NCBI GenBank assembly: GCA_965240325.2 | Contig: OZ251241.1 | Coordinates: 744,001-808,000, forward strand | DNA: 64,000 nucleotides | Direction of reading: 5' to 3' | Source: Rebecca billardiae RCC1528 | Taxonomy: Eukaryota; Protista; Haptophyta | Shown: positions 43,552 to 56,354 of the stretch, piece by piece | Layout: every line of letters starts with the position of its first letter | Position numbering within the stretch: the stretch's first letter is position 1 | The notes under the pieces: generated by a model | The model's database searches: none | Seen by the model: the letters and a program-made list of their open reading frames with translations, nothing else | What the model was told of the DNA's origin: nothing | Program-made: the position numbers and the translations under genes

Positions 43552-44116
43552 GCGCGCAGCGGCGAGCCGCGCCCTGTTCGCCCGCGCGAGGCGGACAGCA
43601 GCGGACCTCCCCGCTGCTCTGCCCACGCTCGCACGCGCGCGACACCATGCGGGCGTGCGGGCGGGGGCGCACCCTCGGCAGGCGGGCGCCTGTGCCGCGA
43701 TGCAGTGCTCAAGCACACAGGCGTCCGGGCTGCCGTGGTGTACTACACAGAGACGACGACGTTTTCCGTTTTCCCGACGCGATGGCTCGACGAGGGCGGC
43801 GATTAGGGCCGACAGTGCCGGGCTGTCGTGTGCCGCCGCGGCCACTACCAGCCGTCGTGATGAGTGCAATCTGACTGATTGACGGTGACACCCGGCCAAT
43901 GCGACGACGATGATTTTCGCGCGCGCATTTAATATAAGTCGTAGCAGGCCGTCGGCAATTATGAGGACAACCGAGTAGCAGCGGCATGCAGCGAACAGCC
44001 TGCTCAGGAGAGGCGGAGTGGTTAGATAAGTTAGACGCGCGCGACTCATAACGCCACACGGCGCGCGTGGCTGCCGCCGTGTATCAGATCGGATGACGCA
44101 CGATATATGATATGTA

Positions 44117-44121
<5 letters not shown>

Positions 44122-44188
<67 letters not shown>
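44122..44188 (+). repeat. (TG)n microsatellite, ~33 units
   Basis: Uninterrupted TG run. Confidence 0.98.
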
Positions 44189-44191
<3 letters not shown>

Positions 44192-44299
44192 GCGGGCCGT
44201 TAGATTAAATTATAATATGACCGCGTTCCGCGGTCCTTCCGTAGAACCAACGTAGTTAGGGGCCCGCGGTGCACCCTCCGTCGGCTGCTGTCTCAGTCT

Positions 44300-45560
44300 G
44301 GTCAACATGGCGGGCCGATGAGGACTGTCGCCGCGGGCCCGCGCGAAGAAGTACGGACGGCGGCCGGGGCAGCGGCGCGCGCGCGCAGGGCGAGCCTGCC
44401 TTGAGGTGCTCGCGCTGCGCCACGCGCTCGACGACGGGCCGCTGGTCGCTCAGCCGGCGCGCCTCGTGCCGGCAGAGCGAGAGCGCGCACCACTAGCTGC
44501 TGGCCCCACCCCCAGCGGCCCCAGCCTGCGCTCACGGCGCTGCGCAGCCGCGCACCGAGAGGCGAGACCGAGCGGAGCTCGGGGTGGAACGAGGCGAGCG
44601 GCGGGTCGCGCCTGCCGCCGCGCGTGCGCGCCTGCTCCACCGCGCCACCGTGCTCGCCCGCCGCCTCCTCCGCCGCGTCGGCCTCGAAGCCACGGCGGCG
44701 GCCAGCCAGCCTCCGACCGAGGCGGAGCCCGTGCGTGCTCACTCACCCGGCGCGGTGGCGCCCTCGAGTCGACGGCCGTCTACTCCACAGCTGGCTGCTC
44801 GAGCTGCTGCACGGGGCGTCGCGACGAGGGCGCCGCGCGCGCCCAGCGCGTCCGTCGCCGCGTCGCGCAGCGCGTCGAGCTCGGCGCCGCGCTTCGCCAG
44901 CTCGGCGCCCAGCGCCTCCGTGCGCACTCGTGTCTCATTCGATTGTCGTCATCGCGCTCGTCGGCTCCGTGGCGAGCCCGCGGGGCGGACGAGCGGACTA
45001 CTGCGCGCCGCAGCAGGAGCAGCGCGCGGCGCGCAGCGCTCCGCGCGCAGCAGGGCCGTCTCCTCATCCACCGAGTGCACGGCCTGCGCGGCGGCGACGG
45101 CGGCGCGCGCCGCCGCGGGGGGACGCAAGCGCTGCGGGCCGAGATGAGTCCGGCCGCCGAGCCGCGGTGGCGGCGTCGGCGTGCGCGCCGGGCGAGGTGG
45201 GCGAGCTCACGCGGCCCGGGCTCAGCACGCCCGTGCACAGCGCCGGCCGCGGTGGCGAGCGCGCACCGCTCGGCCGCGGTGGCAACCGGCTCAGCGGTTG
45301 ATGTTTGATTGTTTGAAGCCGCGAGGTCAGCGACGTCTCCGATGACTCGGCCATGATTGTGGTCCTCCTTCGCCCACGGGTGCTTTGTCGACCATCCGCT
45401 GGAGGCGCGCCAACGTCGGTACGGACAGCGCCTGCTTGAGCGTCGTGATGTGCATCAGCTCGAGCCGGCCGAAGATGGGCCCGCCGACGGCGATGATCAT
45501 GATGTGCGCGCTTGCCGCTTGGGCACCCGTCCTCGTCGCGAGACGCTGGCGGGCGGGTAA
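44300..45560 (-). pseudogene. Possible fragmented or degenerate coding sequence
   Basis: Protein-like fragments in different minus frames (e.g. EALGAELAKRGAELDALRDA, AHIMIIAVGGPIFGRLELMHITTLKQALS); no coherent ORF or family. Confidence 0.2.
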
Positions 45561-46170
45561 CCCGTTTTTCTTTCATATCAATATGACCCCCGCGTGCGCA
45601 AAATAATGCAAACCGGCAAACAGCGCGCTCGGTACGCCGACATGCAGTTTGAAACAGTCGTAGTATATGACCCATGCACATGCACTTTGTCAAAACAATA
45701 CGGCCCTTGGACCGGCGACCTAAAGTTTTCAATAGCGTCGATGACACGATGACTAAACTTTACTGACAAAGTGACGGCCTTCGATCTTCGACCCCACGGC
45801 CGTCCAACGACATACGCGGAATGACCTTGGGCGCGGCCTTTTAAGCTGTGATGGACGACAGCAATACCCCCCTCAAAAAATCGAAAACTCACCCTCCAAC
45901 AGCCCTAAAAATCGTCCCCCGTCCCCTTTTCTTTGATCAAAAGATCTTTTTGACAACGTAGTGAGGGCCCCCGGCGGGGCTCCACGCTACGCGCTCCGCC
46001 CTGCACCGCGGGCCATTATATAAAATTGACGACGACGTATTACGTAACGACGACTGACTACTCGACAGCGGCGGCTACTCTCGGATAAATACTAATAAGC
46101 CTGCTGACGACGATGATGAATAAACGTATACTCGCCGCCGCGCGCCCGACGGCAGCAGCAATAAAGCCGC

Positions 46171-48502
46171 CTACTCGGCCGGCCCGGCCTTGGCCCCGAG
46201 CGAGGACTGCAGGCCGAGCGCCATCCCGCTGAAGCCGACGAGCACGAGCGCAGAGCACGCCACCGCCTCGAGCGTCGTCATGGTGCGCCAGTGCACGGCG
46301 GTGTAGAAGGCTGCCGGCAGGATGAAGGAGATGAGCATCGTCGTGACCGCGCCCATCAGCTCGACGACCAGCCCAAAGTCCGGCACCGAGATGGCCAGCA
46401 GCCCCGCGCCCATCGCGACACCGAGCCGCACAAAGAGCGTCGTCCAGTTCAGCTTGGCGAACGGGCTGGCGCCCTCGTCGGCGTCGTCGGCCGGCGCGTC
46501 GGCGCCGGAGGGCGGCGTGGCGGGCGGCGCGGCCGCCGCCGCGGCCGCGGGCTCGGCCGAGGGCTCGCGGCTCGCGCGCGACGCGGCGGCGCGGCTGGAT
46601 CGGCGCGAGCCGCCGTGCTGGCTGCCGCTGGCGAGTGCAGACTCCTTGGCTGCCGCGCTCAGCGGCGGCGTGGGCTGCAGCGCGGCCGCCGTCGCGGCGG
46701 GCACCTTGATCCCGCCCTCCATGGCGAGCATGAGCAGCACCGTCGCGGCGGCGTCGAGCTTGGCGCTCAGCGCGTCCACCTGCGCCTTGAGCTCGTCCGC
46801 GGGCGGGCGGAGCACGCCCTCGTCCAGCTGGGCGAGCGCGCGCAGGTCGTGGCAGTAGAGCGCGTCGGTCAGGATCCGGACCACGGGCACGCAGAAGATG
46901 GAGAAGGAGAAGAACGTGTTCACCAGCACCGCCACCGTCGCGGCCGTGCCGATCAGCGGGCTGCTTGACATCAGGTTGAGGGTGAGCGTGTCCTGGGCGG
47001 GGGTATAGGGGTAGGGATAGGGGTAGGGTCAGCGCGCCGCAGCCGCTGCCGCCGCTCGCGGCGCCCGGCGCGCGCGGCGCAGCTGGCGCACACACCGCCG
47101 CGCAGTGGCCAAAGAAGTAATAGGCGAGCGCGGCGAAGAAGCAATAGTACGTGCCTGCGCACGCAAAGCCGACGTTGACCGCCTTGTCGAAGTGCGGCCG
47201 CTCCGAGGCGGGCATCTTGGCGTAGATCTCCTGGTGGCGGCGGTGGCGGGCCGTAGGGCGTGGCGCGGGAGGGAGTGTGGCGCGCGCGCGCCTTCAGCGT
47301 GGCTTCAGCGCGCCGCGCGCGTGGGGGATGCATCGGGCAGCGGCCATCGCCGCACGCGCGCGCGCGCGCGGCACACACCGGGAACGTGGCGTGCCCGGCG
47401 AAGGCGAACAGGCAGAGCGACAGTGCAGCGCCCATGCCGCGCACATTCAGCAGCTGATGATCAACAGATCGGCGGCGGCGGCCGGCGGCGGACGACGACG
47501 ACGGCAACGGGGCGCGCGCGCACAGGCGGGCGGTTGCGAGGGCGGGCGGGGGCAGGAGGCGTGAGCCGGGGGGCAGGCGGGGCGCCCCTCCTCCCCGCCA
47601 ACGTCGCAGCGGCTTGCCTCGTGCGCCATGGTTCCGCCTGGCGGCGTCGATGCGTCCAGCACGGCGCAGGGCGCGCCCGCAGGCTCGGGCAGGTGCGCGA
47701 GGAGCGGGCCGACGAGCGTGCCGAGCAGCATCGACGCCGTCGCCACCAGCCCGATGCTCGCGAAGTACGAGAGGTACCGCGTCTTGAGCAGCAGCGTGAA
47801 GAAGGCGAGGGCACACACGGAGAGGCAGACGGCGGCGGCCGCGGGCACTCCGCCGCGCAGCGTCGGCGGCAGGTGAAGAAGGACGGGCCAGTTGACGGCC
47901 TGGAGCACGATGTAGCAGGTGGCCGCGCCGAAGCACTCGAGCACGGTGAGCACCTTCATCCCCACGCCGCCCGCCTGCCCCGCCACCTCCTCCGCGAGCT
48001 GGTCGTATGTACTCACCAGCCCGCGGCCGAGCAGGCGCGAAGGGTCGGCGCGCTTGCGGTCGTTGATCGTCTTGAAGCTCCAGACGAGCATCTTGGCGGT
48101 GACGGCGGTCATGCACGTGGCGAGCGCGATGATCACCAGCCCGAACCAGCCCGCGTTCTCCAGCGCGTACGGCAGGCCGAGCACGCCCGCGCCCACGAGG
48201 CAGTTTGTGATCATGAGTGCTACCTGCCGCCACGACGGGCCATGCGCCGGGACGCTGAGGTCGAGCTCGCGCTGCGGCTGGTAGATCGACGCGCGGATCT
48301 CGTACGTGCTGAACGTGCTCTCCCGCCACGCGCGCAGCATCCCCACCTTGCGCACCGCCGAGCGGAACTTGGCGATCGCCGGCCGGCGGCGCGGCGCGCT
48401 CGCGACGTCCGCCGCGGGCTGCCGCTCGGCGCCCGCCGCGGCCGAGGCCTCGGCGGCGGGGAGCAGCGGCTGGCGCGCCGCGACGCCCGTGCCGTTCTCC
48501 AT
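46171..48502 (-). CDS. Amino-acid transporter, AAAP/Aa_trans (AVT1/VIAAT-like) (exons 48502-47618, 47453-47379, 47230-47096, 46992-46171)
   Basis: NCLVGAGVLGLPYALENAGW, TYDQLAEE, FAFAGHATFP|EIYAKM, VPDFGLVVELMGA...SFILPAAFY. Three phase-0 introns give one ORF; the first needs a GC donor. Confidence 0.9.
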
Positions 48503-48792
48503 CGCGATCACTACGGTGGAGCCCGCGAGGCGCGGCTGTGATCAGCCGCGCCGAGCGCGGGCGGGCGGGCGGGCGGGCGGGGCGGGCGGCGCGCGCCGAT
48601 CGGCCGGGTCCACCGACAATTCGGGGCCGGCCGCGGCGGCCGGACGTGGGTAGTGCTTACCCGCCCGGACATTACTGTACAGTAGAGCACCAGTCTGGAC
48701 ACCGGACTAAACAGGAGCAACCAACGGGCTGCCCCATCCCTGGTGCGTCATGCATGCCCATCACCGGCGCGCGGCGCCACACGCGCGCCTCG

Positions 48793-50127
48793 TCACAGCG
48801 TGTGCACGCGGCTGCGCGGCGCGGCGGCGGTGGCGGCGCCCGCGCGCGCCGCGCGCGCGCCGCGCGCCCAGCGCGCGAGCGCCGCGCGCCGCGCGCCGCG
48901 CGCGTGCGCGTCGGCGGCGCACGCGTGCGCGAGCACAGCGGCGACGCGCCGCGCGTAGCTCGCCTCGAGCGCGCGCATCCCGCGCCGCAGCTCGTGCGCC
49001 GCCGCCACGTGCGGCGGCACCGGCACCGTCGCAGCGAGCGCGCGCGCCGTCGCGCGCGCGCGCGCCGCGCTGCGCGCGCCGCGCAGCCGAGCAAGCAAGC
49101 GCGCGCCGTGCACCGCGCGCAGGCGGCGGCGCGCGGCGGCGGAGGCGGCGCGCGCGGCGGCGAAGAGGCGCCACGCGTGCACGGCGCGCGCCGTCGGCGG
49201 CGCCGGCCGCAGCAGCCAGCCGCCGTCGAGCGCCGCGCCGCGGCCGGCGGCGTCGGCGCGCGCCGCCTCTCGCGCGCCGGCGGCGCGCCGCCACGCGCGC
49301 ACGGCGCGCGCCGCGCACGCCGCCGCCGCCCAGCGCGCGGCGAGCGTGGCGCGCGCCGCGTCGGCGCGCCAGATCGCCCACGCGGCCTCGAGCGCGCCCG
49401 CCGCCGCGAGCGCGCGCACCCGCGCCGCCACGCGCTCGGGCTCCGCCGCCGCGGCCGCCGCCGCCCACGCGCGCCACGCGCGCGCGCGCACGGCGTGCGC
49501 GGCGCGCGCCCGCGCCCAGCCGCGCAGCCCGCGCGCGTAGGCGCGGCCGCCAAGCGCGCCGAGCGCGCGCGCGAGCACGTGCGCCGTCGCGCGCAGCTCG
49601 TCGCGCAGCGCCGCCGCGCGGCGGAGCGCGCGCGCCGCCGCCGCGCGGCGCAGCACCACGAACCCGCGCGCGCGCGCGTAGCGCCCGCCGCCGCTCACGG
49701 CCGCGACGGCGTCGCCGAGCTCGGCGGCGCGCGCGGCCGCGCGCGCGGACGCGCCGTGCGCCGCGCGCCAGCGGCGGAGCGCGGCGCGGCGCGCGTGCGC
49801 GCGGAGCGCGCGCGCGGCGGCGTGCGCGCGGCGTGCGCGCGCGCGCCACGCCGCCAGGGCGGGCTGCAGCTGCCACAGCCGCAGCAGCGCGCCGCCGCTG
49901 AGCGCGCGCGCCGGCGCGCGCTCGCGCCGCGGCGCGGCGGAGCGCGCCGCGGGCGCGCGCGCCGCGGCGGCGGGCGCGGCGGCGGGCACGCGCGGCGGCG
50001 GCGGCGGCGGCACGAGCGTGCTCGGCGCGGCGCTGACGGCACTGGGCGCGCGTGGCACCGGCCGAGGCACCGGCGGCGGCGGGGGTGGGGGCGGCGCAGC
50101 CGCCGCCGCCGCCGCCGCCGCGGGCGC

Positions 50128-50188
<61 letters not shown>

Positions 50189-53100
50189 CGCGGCGCAGCG
50201 GGCGCGGCTGAGGCGGCGCGTGGCTTGGGCTTGGGCGCGGGCATGCGCAGCCGCGCCGAGGCGGCGGCGACAAGCGCCGCGCCGCCGCTCAGCGCGCCCT
50301 TGAGCGCGCTCCATCCCGCGCCGCGCTCGGCAGCGTCGCTGGCGGCGGCGGCGTCGGTGTCGGCGTCGGCGGCGGCGGCGGTGGCGGCGGTGGCGGTGGC
50401 TGCGGCGGCTGCGCCGGCGGCGGCAGCGTTTTCCGGCGCGGCGGGGGCGGCGAGCGCGGCGGCGTCCTCTCCGAGCGCACGAGCCGACACGGACGCCACT
50501 GCGCTTGCCGAGGCTGCCGCCGCCGCCGTGCGTGGCCGCGCGCCTGGCCGCGCCGCCGCGGCGGCGGCGGCGGCGGGCGCGGCGGAAGCGGCCGGCGGCG
50601 GGCGCGGCGGCGGCGGCGGCGGCGTCGGCGCAGCGGCCGCGGCTGCGAGCGCGGGCTGGGGCGGCGGCGCCGCCGCCGCAAGGGCGAGCACGGGCGGCGC
50701 GGCGGGCAGGACGGCCTCGCACGCGAGCGCGGCGACGGGCGGCGGCGCTGCCGCCGCGCCCATCACGGCCGGCGGCGGTGGCGGCGGGCGCGCCGCCACG
50801 GCTGGCGGCGGGCGGCGCGGCGCGCGCAGCCGCTCGCCGCGCGCGCCGAGCGCCGCGGCCACGTGCGCCATCGACGCCGCGACGGCGCGCCACTGCGCGT
50901 GCGAGGCGCGCAGCGAGGCGCGCGCAGCGCGCGCGCCGAGCGCCTCCGCCGCGCGCATCGCCACGCCGCGCGCGCGCGCGCCGCGCCACGCGCGCAGCGC
51001 TCGCCGCTGACGCAGCGCGCGGGCGGCCGCGGCCGCGCGCGCGGCGCGCGCCGCGTCGGCCGCGCCGCCGCGCCACGCGCGCACGGCGCGCGCGCTGCGC
51101 CGCTGCGCGCCGGCGCGGCGTGCAGCGCCGGCGGCGATCGCGAGCGCGGCATCGGCGTCGGCGTGGACGCGCCACACGCGCGCCGCGCCGCCGAGCCCGT
51201 GCAGCCGCGCGCGGCCGAGCTGCGCGGCGGCGGCGCGCGCGGCGGCCGCGCGCGCGCCGAGCGCGCGCAGCGCGGCCGTGCGGCCGCGCGCGGCCGCGGC
51301 CGCGCGCAGCGCCGCCGCCGCCGCCGCCGCGCGCGCGGCCGCGCGGAGGCGCGCGAGCGCGCCACGCTGCTCGCGCGCGCGCAGCGCCAAGCACGCGCCG
51401 CGCTCCACGCGCCCGGCGCGCGCCGCCGCGAGCAGCGCCGCCCACGTCGGCGCGGCCAGCGCGCGCACGCCCGCGGCGCGCACGGCGGCGCGGCCGCGCG
51501 CGCCGCGCCACGCGTCGAGCGCGCCGCGCGCGCCGCGCGCGGCCGCGGCGGCCGTGGCGGCGTGCGCGGCGCGCGCGAGGTGCGCGTCGGAGGCGTGGTG
51601 CGCGCGCCACTCGAGCCACCCGCGCCGCTGCGCCGCCGCGCCGCCCGCGCCCGCCGCCGCCGCCGCCATCGCCGCAGCCGCGGCCGCGGCCGCGCGGCGC
51701 GCGCCGAGCGCGCGCAGCGCGGCGCGCGCGCCCGCGGCGCGCGCGGCCGGCGGCGCGCGGCCGGCGACGCGGCGGGCGGCGGCGGCGGCGCGGAGCGCGC
51801 GGAGCGCAGGCGGCGCCTCGCGCGCGACGCGCGCACCACGCACCGCCGCGGCCGCGCGCCCGAGCCGCGCGCGCTCGCGCGCGCCCGCGGCGGCGGCGCG
51901 CAGCGCGCGCCGCGCGGCCGCGGCCGCGGCCGCGGCGCGCGCGGCGCGGCGCGCGCTCAGCGCGCGCATGCCCGCGCCCAGCGCGCCGCCGCGCGCCGCG
52001 GCGGCGGCGCGCGCGGCGCCGAGCGCGCGCGCGTGCGCGGCGGCGCGCGCGGCGCGCAGCGCACGCAGCGCGCGCGCCGCGCGCGCCGCCCGCAGCGCGG
52101 CCGCGCCGCGGCGCGCGGCGGCGGCCTCGGCGGCGCGGCGGCGCAGCGCGGCCGCGCCGCGCGCCGCGCGGCCGCGCGCGGCGGTGGCGGCGGCCGCGTC
52201 GGCGAAAGCGCGCGCCGCGACGGCGCGCGTGAGCGCGAGCAGCGCGCGCGAGGCGCGCGCGCGCGCCACGTGCGCCGCCGCCTCCGCGCCGCGCGCGCGC
52301 GCCACCACCGCCGCATCCGCCTCGTCGCCGAGCGCGGCGCGCGCGGCGCGCAGCGCGCGCGCGCGCGCGGTCGCGGCCGCGCGCGCGCGCAGCGCGCCAG
52401 CCGCGCGCGCGACGCGCGCGGCGGCGGCGGCCTGCGCCTGCGCCGCCTCGCCGTGCGCGCTGGCGAGCGCGCGCGCGCGCGCCTCCGCGCGCGCCGCGGC
52501 GGGCGACGCCGCCGCCGCGCCGCGCGCCGCCGCCACCCAACGCCACCGGAGCAGCGCTTGCCAGCGCGCCGCCGCGCGCCGCACCGTCGACAAGGCGGCG
52601 GCGCGCTCGGCCGCCGCCGCGTCCGCCGCGGCGCGCGCGCGCGCGGCGCGCCACGTGCGCAGCGCGCGCCGCGCGTGCACGGCGTCGCGCCGCGCCGCGA
52701 CCGCCGTCGCGCCCGCCACGCCCGCCGCGAGCGCGGCCAGCGCGCGCGGCGCGTGCGCGCGCGCGCGGCGCGCGCCGAGCGCCGCGGCCGCGGCCGCGGC
52801 CGCGGCCGCGGCGCGCGCGCGCCGCCGCCACGCGCGCAGCGCGGCGCGGCGCGCGTCGCCGAGCGCGGCGGGCGCGGCGTCGGCGGCGCGGCGCGCGGCG
52901 GAGGCGTCGAGCGCGCCGCGCGCCGCCGCGCGCAGCGCCGCCGACGCCGCGTGCCGCCGCGCCACCGCCGCGTCGGCGGCGGCGGCGCGCGCGGCCGCCG
53001 CGGCGCGCCGCCACGCGCGCAGCGGCGGCGCGGCCGCGCGGCCGCGCGCCGCGGCCGCGGCCGCGCCGAGCGCGGCGCGCGCGCGCGCGGCGCGGCGCCA

Positions 53101-55092
53101 GAGCGCGAGGGCGCTCGCGCGCGCCGAGTCCGCCGCGATGCCCGCCACCGCGCGCCCGAGCGCACCCGCCGACGCCTGCGCGCGCCACGCCGCCAGTGCC
53201 GTCACAGCCGCGTGCGCGCCGCGCGCGCCGCCGAGCGCGGCGGCGGCGCGGCGGCGCGCGCCGGCCGCGCCGCCGCGCGCGCGCCACGCGCCGAGCGCGT
53301 GCGCGCGCGCGGTGGAGCGCCACAGCTGGGCGGCGGCGGCGCCGAGCGCCGCCGTCGCGCCCTTCGACGCCGCGCGCCGCCGCCACGCCGCCACGCGCGC
53401 GCGCAGCGCGGGCGCGCGCGCGGCGCGCGCCGCGGCCGCGCGCGCGGGCGCGCGCGCCGCCCACAGCGCCGCCGCCACGCGCCAGCGCGCGTGCGCCGCC
53501 GCGAGCGCGCGGACGAGGGTGGTGGCGGTGAGCTCGATGGCCCACGCGTGGCCGCGCGCGCGCGCCAGCGCCGCCTCGCGCAGCGCGCGCCGCCACGCGC
53601 GCAACGCGCCCGCGCGCCGCCCGCGCGCCGCGCGCGCGCCGAGCGCGGCCGCGGCGGCGCGCGGCGCGCGCGCCGCCGCCCAGCGCGCGAGCGCGGCGCG
53701 CGCGGCGCGCGCGCGCGCCGCCGCCGCGCGCACGGCGTCGCGGTGCGCGCGCGGCGCCCACGCGCGCAGCGCGCGCGCCAGCGCGCTCGCTCGCGCGTGC
53801 GCGCGCGCGAGCGCCGCCTCCGCCGCCGCCGCCGCCGCCGCCGTCGCCGCGCGCAGCAGTGCTCGCAGCGCCGCGGCCGCGGGCGCGGCGCGCGCCGCGG
53901 CGGCGCGGCGCGCGCCGCCGAGCGCCGCCGCGCGCGCGATGGCGCGCGCGCCGCGCGCGAGCGCGAGCGCGCCGGCGGCGTCGCGCGCGCGCGCGCGACG
54001 CTCCGCGTCGAGCGCGCGGCGCAAGCCCGCGCGCAGCAGCGCGCCGAGCGCGACGCCCGCGCGGCCGTGCGCCGCGCGGCCGCGCAGCGCCGCGCGCGCC
54101 GCCGCGGCCGCGCGCGCCGCGCGCAGCGCGCGCCGCAGCCGCAGCCGGCCGGCGGCGCGCGCGAGCGCGTGCGGCGGCGCGCGACGCGCCTCCGCGGCGA
54201 GCGCGGCGCGCCAGCGCGCCAGCGCCGCGCCGCGCGCGCCCGCCAGCGCGCGCGCCAGCGCCGCCGCCGTCGCCTCGGCGCGCGCGCGCGCGGCGGCGCG
54301 TGCGGCTTCGCTTGACCGCAGCCGTCGCAGTGCAAGCGCGCGCGCGGCGCGCGCCGCGCGCTCGGCGCCGGAGGCGTCGAAGCGGAGGCGCCTGAGGGCG
54401 CGGCGCTGCGCGTGGAGGCGCGCCACCGCGCGCGTGCGCGCCGCCGCGCGCGCGAGCGCGCGCGCCTCGCGCGCGCGCTCCCGCAGCCGGCGCAGCGCCG
54501 CGCGCGGCGCAAGCAGGCGCCATGCGGCCGCGCCCACACGTGCGCTCGCGTGCGCGCGCGCCGGCGGGCGCACGCCGTCGGCGTAGCGCACGCCGGCGCA
54601 GCGCGCGCGCCAGGTGCGCACGCCGTGCCGCGCGCGCGAGGCGCGCGTGCGCGCGGCGAGCGCGTCGCACGCGTCGCCGAGCGCCGCGTCCGCCGCGAGC
54701 GCCGCGCGCCACGCGCGCAGCCGCGCGCGCAGGCACGCGCGCGGCGCGCGCGCGGTGGTGGCGCGCCAGCGGCGGAGGAGCGCGGAGGTCGCGACGCGCT
54801 CGGCGAGCGGCGGGTCGAGCCGGAGCCGCGCCAGGTTCGCCACGCGCGCCGCCGAGAGTACGGCGTGCGCGAGCGCGGGCGACGACGCGGACGGCGGCGT
54901 GCCGAGCGCGCGCGCCGAGCCCGCCGCCGAGCCGGCCGCCGAGCCGGGCGGCGTGGCGTGCTGCGGCGAGGTGCTATGCGGCGGGACGGGGCTGAGGAAG
55001 CCGTCGCGCGTGCGCCGGCGCAGCGCCACCACCACGCCGCCCGGCCGCACCGTCGGCGTGGCCGAGCCGGTCGTCGGCGCCGCCGCCGCCAT
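48793..55092 (-). CDS. Sfi1-like centrin-binding repeat protein (~2,100 aa)
   Basis: Dozens of A/L-x-x-W-R motifs (ALRAWRR); counted Trp-to-Trp spacings of 33, 33, 33, 33 and 29 aa match the Sfi1 repeat period. Ala/Arg helix interrupted by an Ala/Pro linker (~49980-50820). Confidence 0.72.
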
Positions 55093-56354
55093 GTGGCCTG
55101 AGTCAGTGGCAGCCGTTGTTGGGAGTCCTGCCAAGCGGCCTGGCCGTGGGCCCGCCCGCGCGGCTCGAGCGTCCGGATCGCAACCGATCGCAATCACGGC
55201 GCCCGCAGCAGTCCTGTTCATGAGTTTGACAGCGGCAATGCCATGTGCCAATGTTATCGTCATCGTCATCGGTCATCCTAGCAATACTACTAGACCAATA
55301 GACAAGTGATGGCTCAGAAGTCCTGCACTTTATATGTATATATGTCTAGCCGTCCTCGCGAACGCACCACCCGCGTGCGAGCCGCAGCCGCCGGCGACGC
55401 AGGACGCGACATGGCTGGATGCCCGCGCCACGGCTGCAGAGTCCGAGAAGCCGATGATCATGGCGATCGGAGATCTTTGGCCGGTAACAGAAAGAAGAAG
55501 CCGGACAGACTGTTTGTCCGGGAGCAGCTCGTTGAGGCCATGGTCCGGTAGAGGGCGATGGAGCTGATGAGCGACGCTGGCGCCTGGCGTCCGTGTCGTC
55601 CTCTTAGACAATCGCAGTTATTGTACCAATAATAACCCCACATATATAGCTATTTCATCGATCGTCACAACGACACTACGCGCTGATGTAATGTGGCATA
55701 TCACTCTAATAATCTATTGATGAAGCACTGTACAGTAATCAATGGTACGCGCTCAAGCCATTCGATCGCGGTTATTCAGGCTATGCTCTGCCACCAGCGC
55801 CGACTTCGCAGTGTCGACGATCGGGCACTGAGTCCCGCACTGCCCGGCACTGCCGACGACGAATCAGGAGACCTGCGCCGTCCTACCTGCTGTGTCGTTA
55901 AATCATAGAATGAGTATGCGCTGCTGCTATGCACTGCTGTGTCTCTGTGACTGAGCACGCGGCCACGCGGCCGTCGCGGGACTTTACAGGCGCGGTCTGC
56001 GCCGTCTGGACTCTGGCCCTGGGGCGCCCTCTCGGAGTCCAGTCAGGCCTCAGGGCGGCGACTGTCTGACGTCCGCGCCGTCTCGGCGCGTCCGACTCGG
56101 CGTGCTCGGGCTGCTGCTGATCGGCAGACTGCGGGCTACGGACTGACAGTGATCCACTCACTACAGACTCGGTCTCGGAACGACGCTCGAATCATCAGCA
56201 GGCTACGTCCGTCAGCATGATCCTGGGCCCCGCCGAGACTCAGACAGTACGATATGCGGCGCGCGCGCTGCTGACGTCACGCGCGTAGTCCGCGAGCTCC
56301 GCCGGGGCCGGCGCGCGGCCCCCGTGCCTAAGACGGTCAGGCTGCCCGACAGCC

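Noticed and set aside
48538-54995. Long overlapping ORFs in nearly all six frames
   Set aside because: Explained by near-absence of A/T; only the 48793-55092 minus frame shows Trp/Leu periodicity.
55334-55567. 77-aa ORF with faint thioredoxin-like WLDARATAAESEKPMIMAIG
   Set aside because: Too short, no CxxC, and no continuation found.
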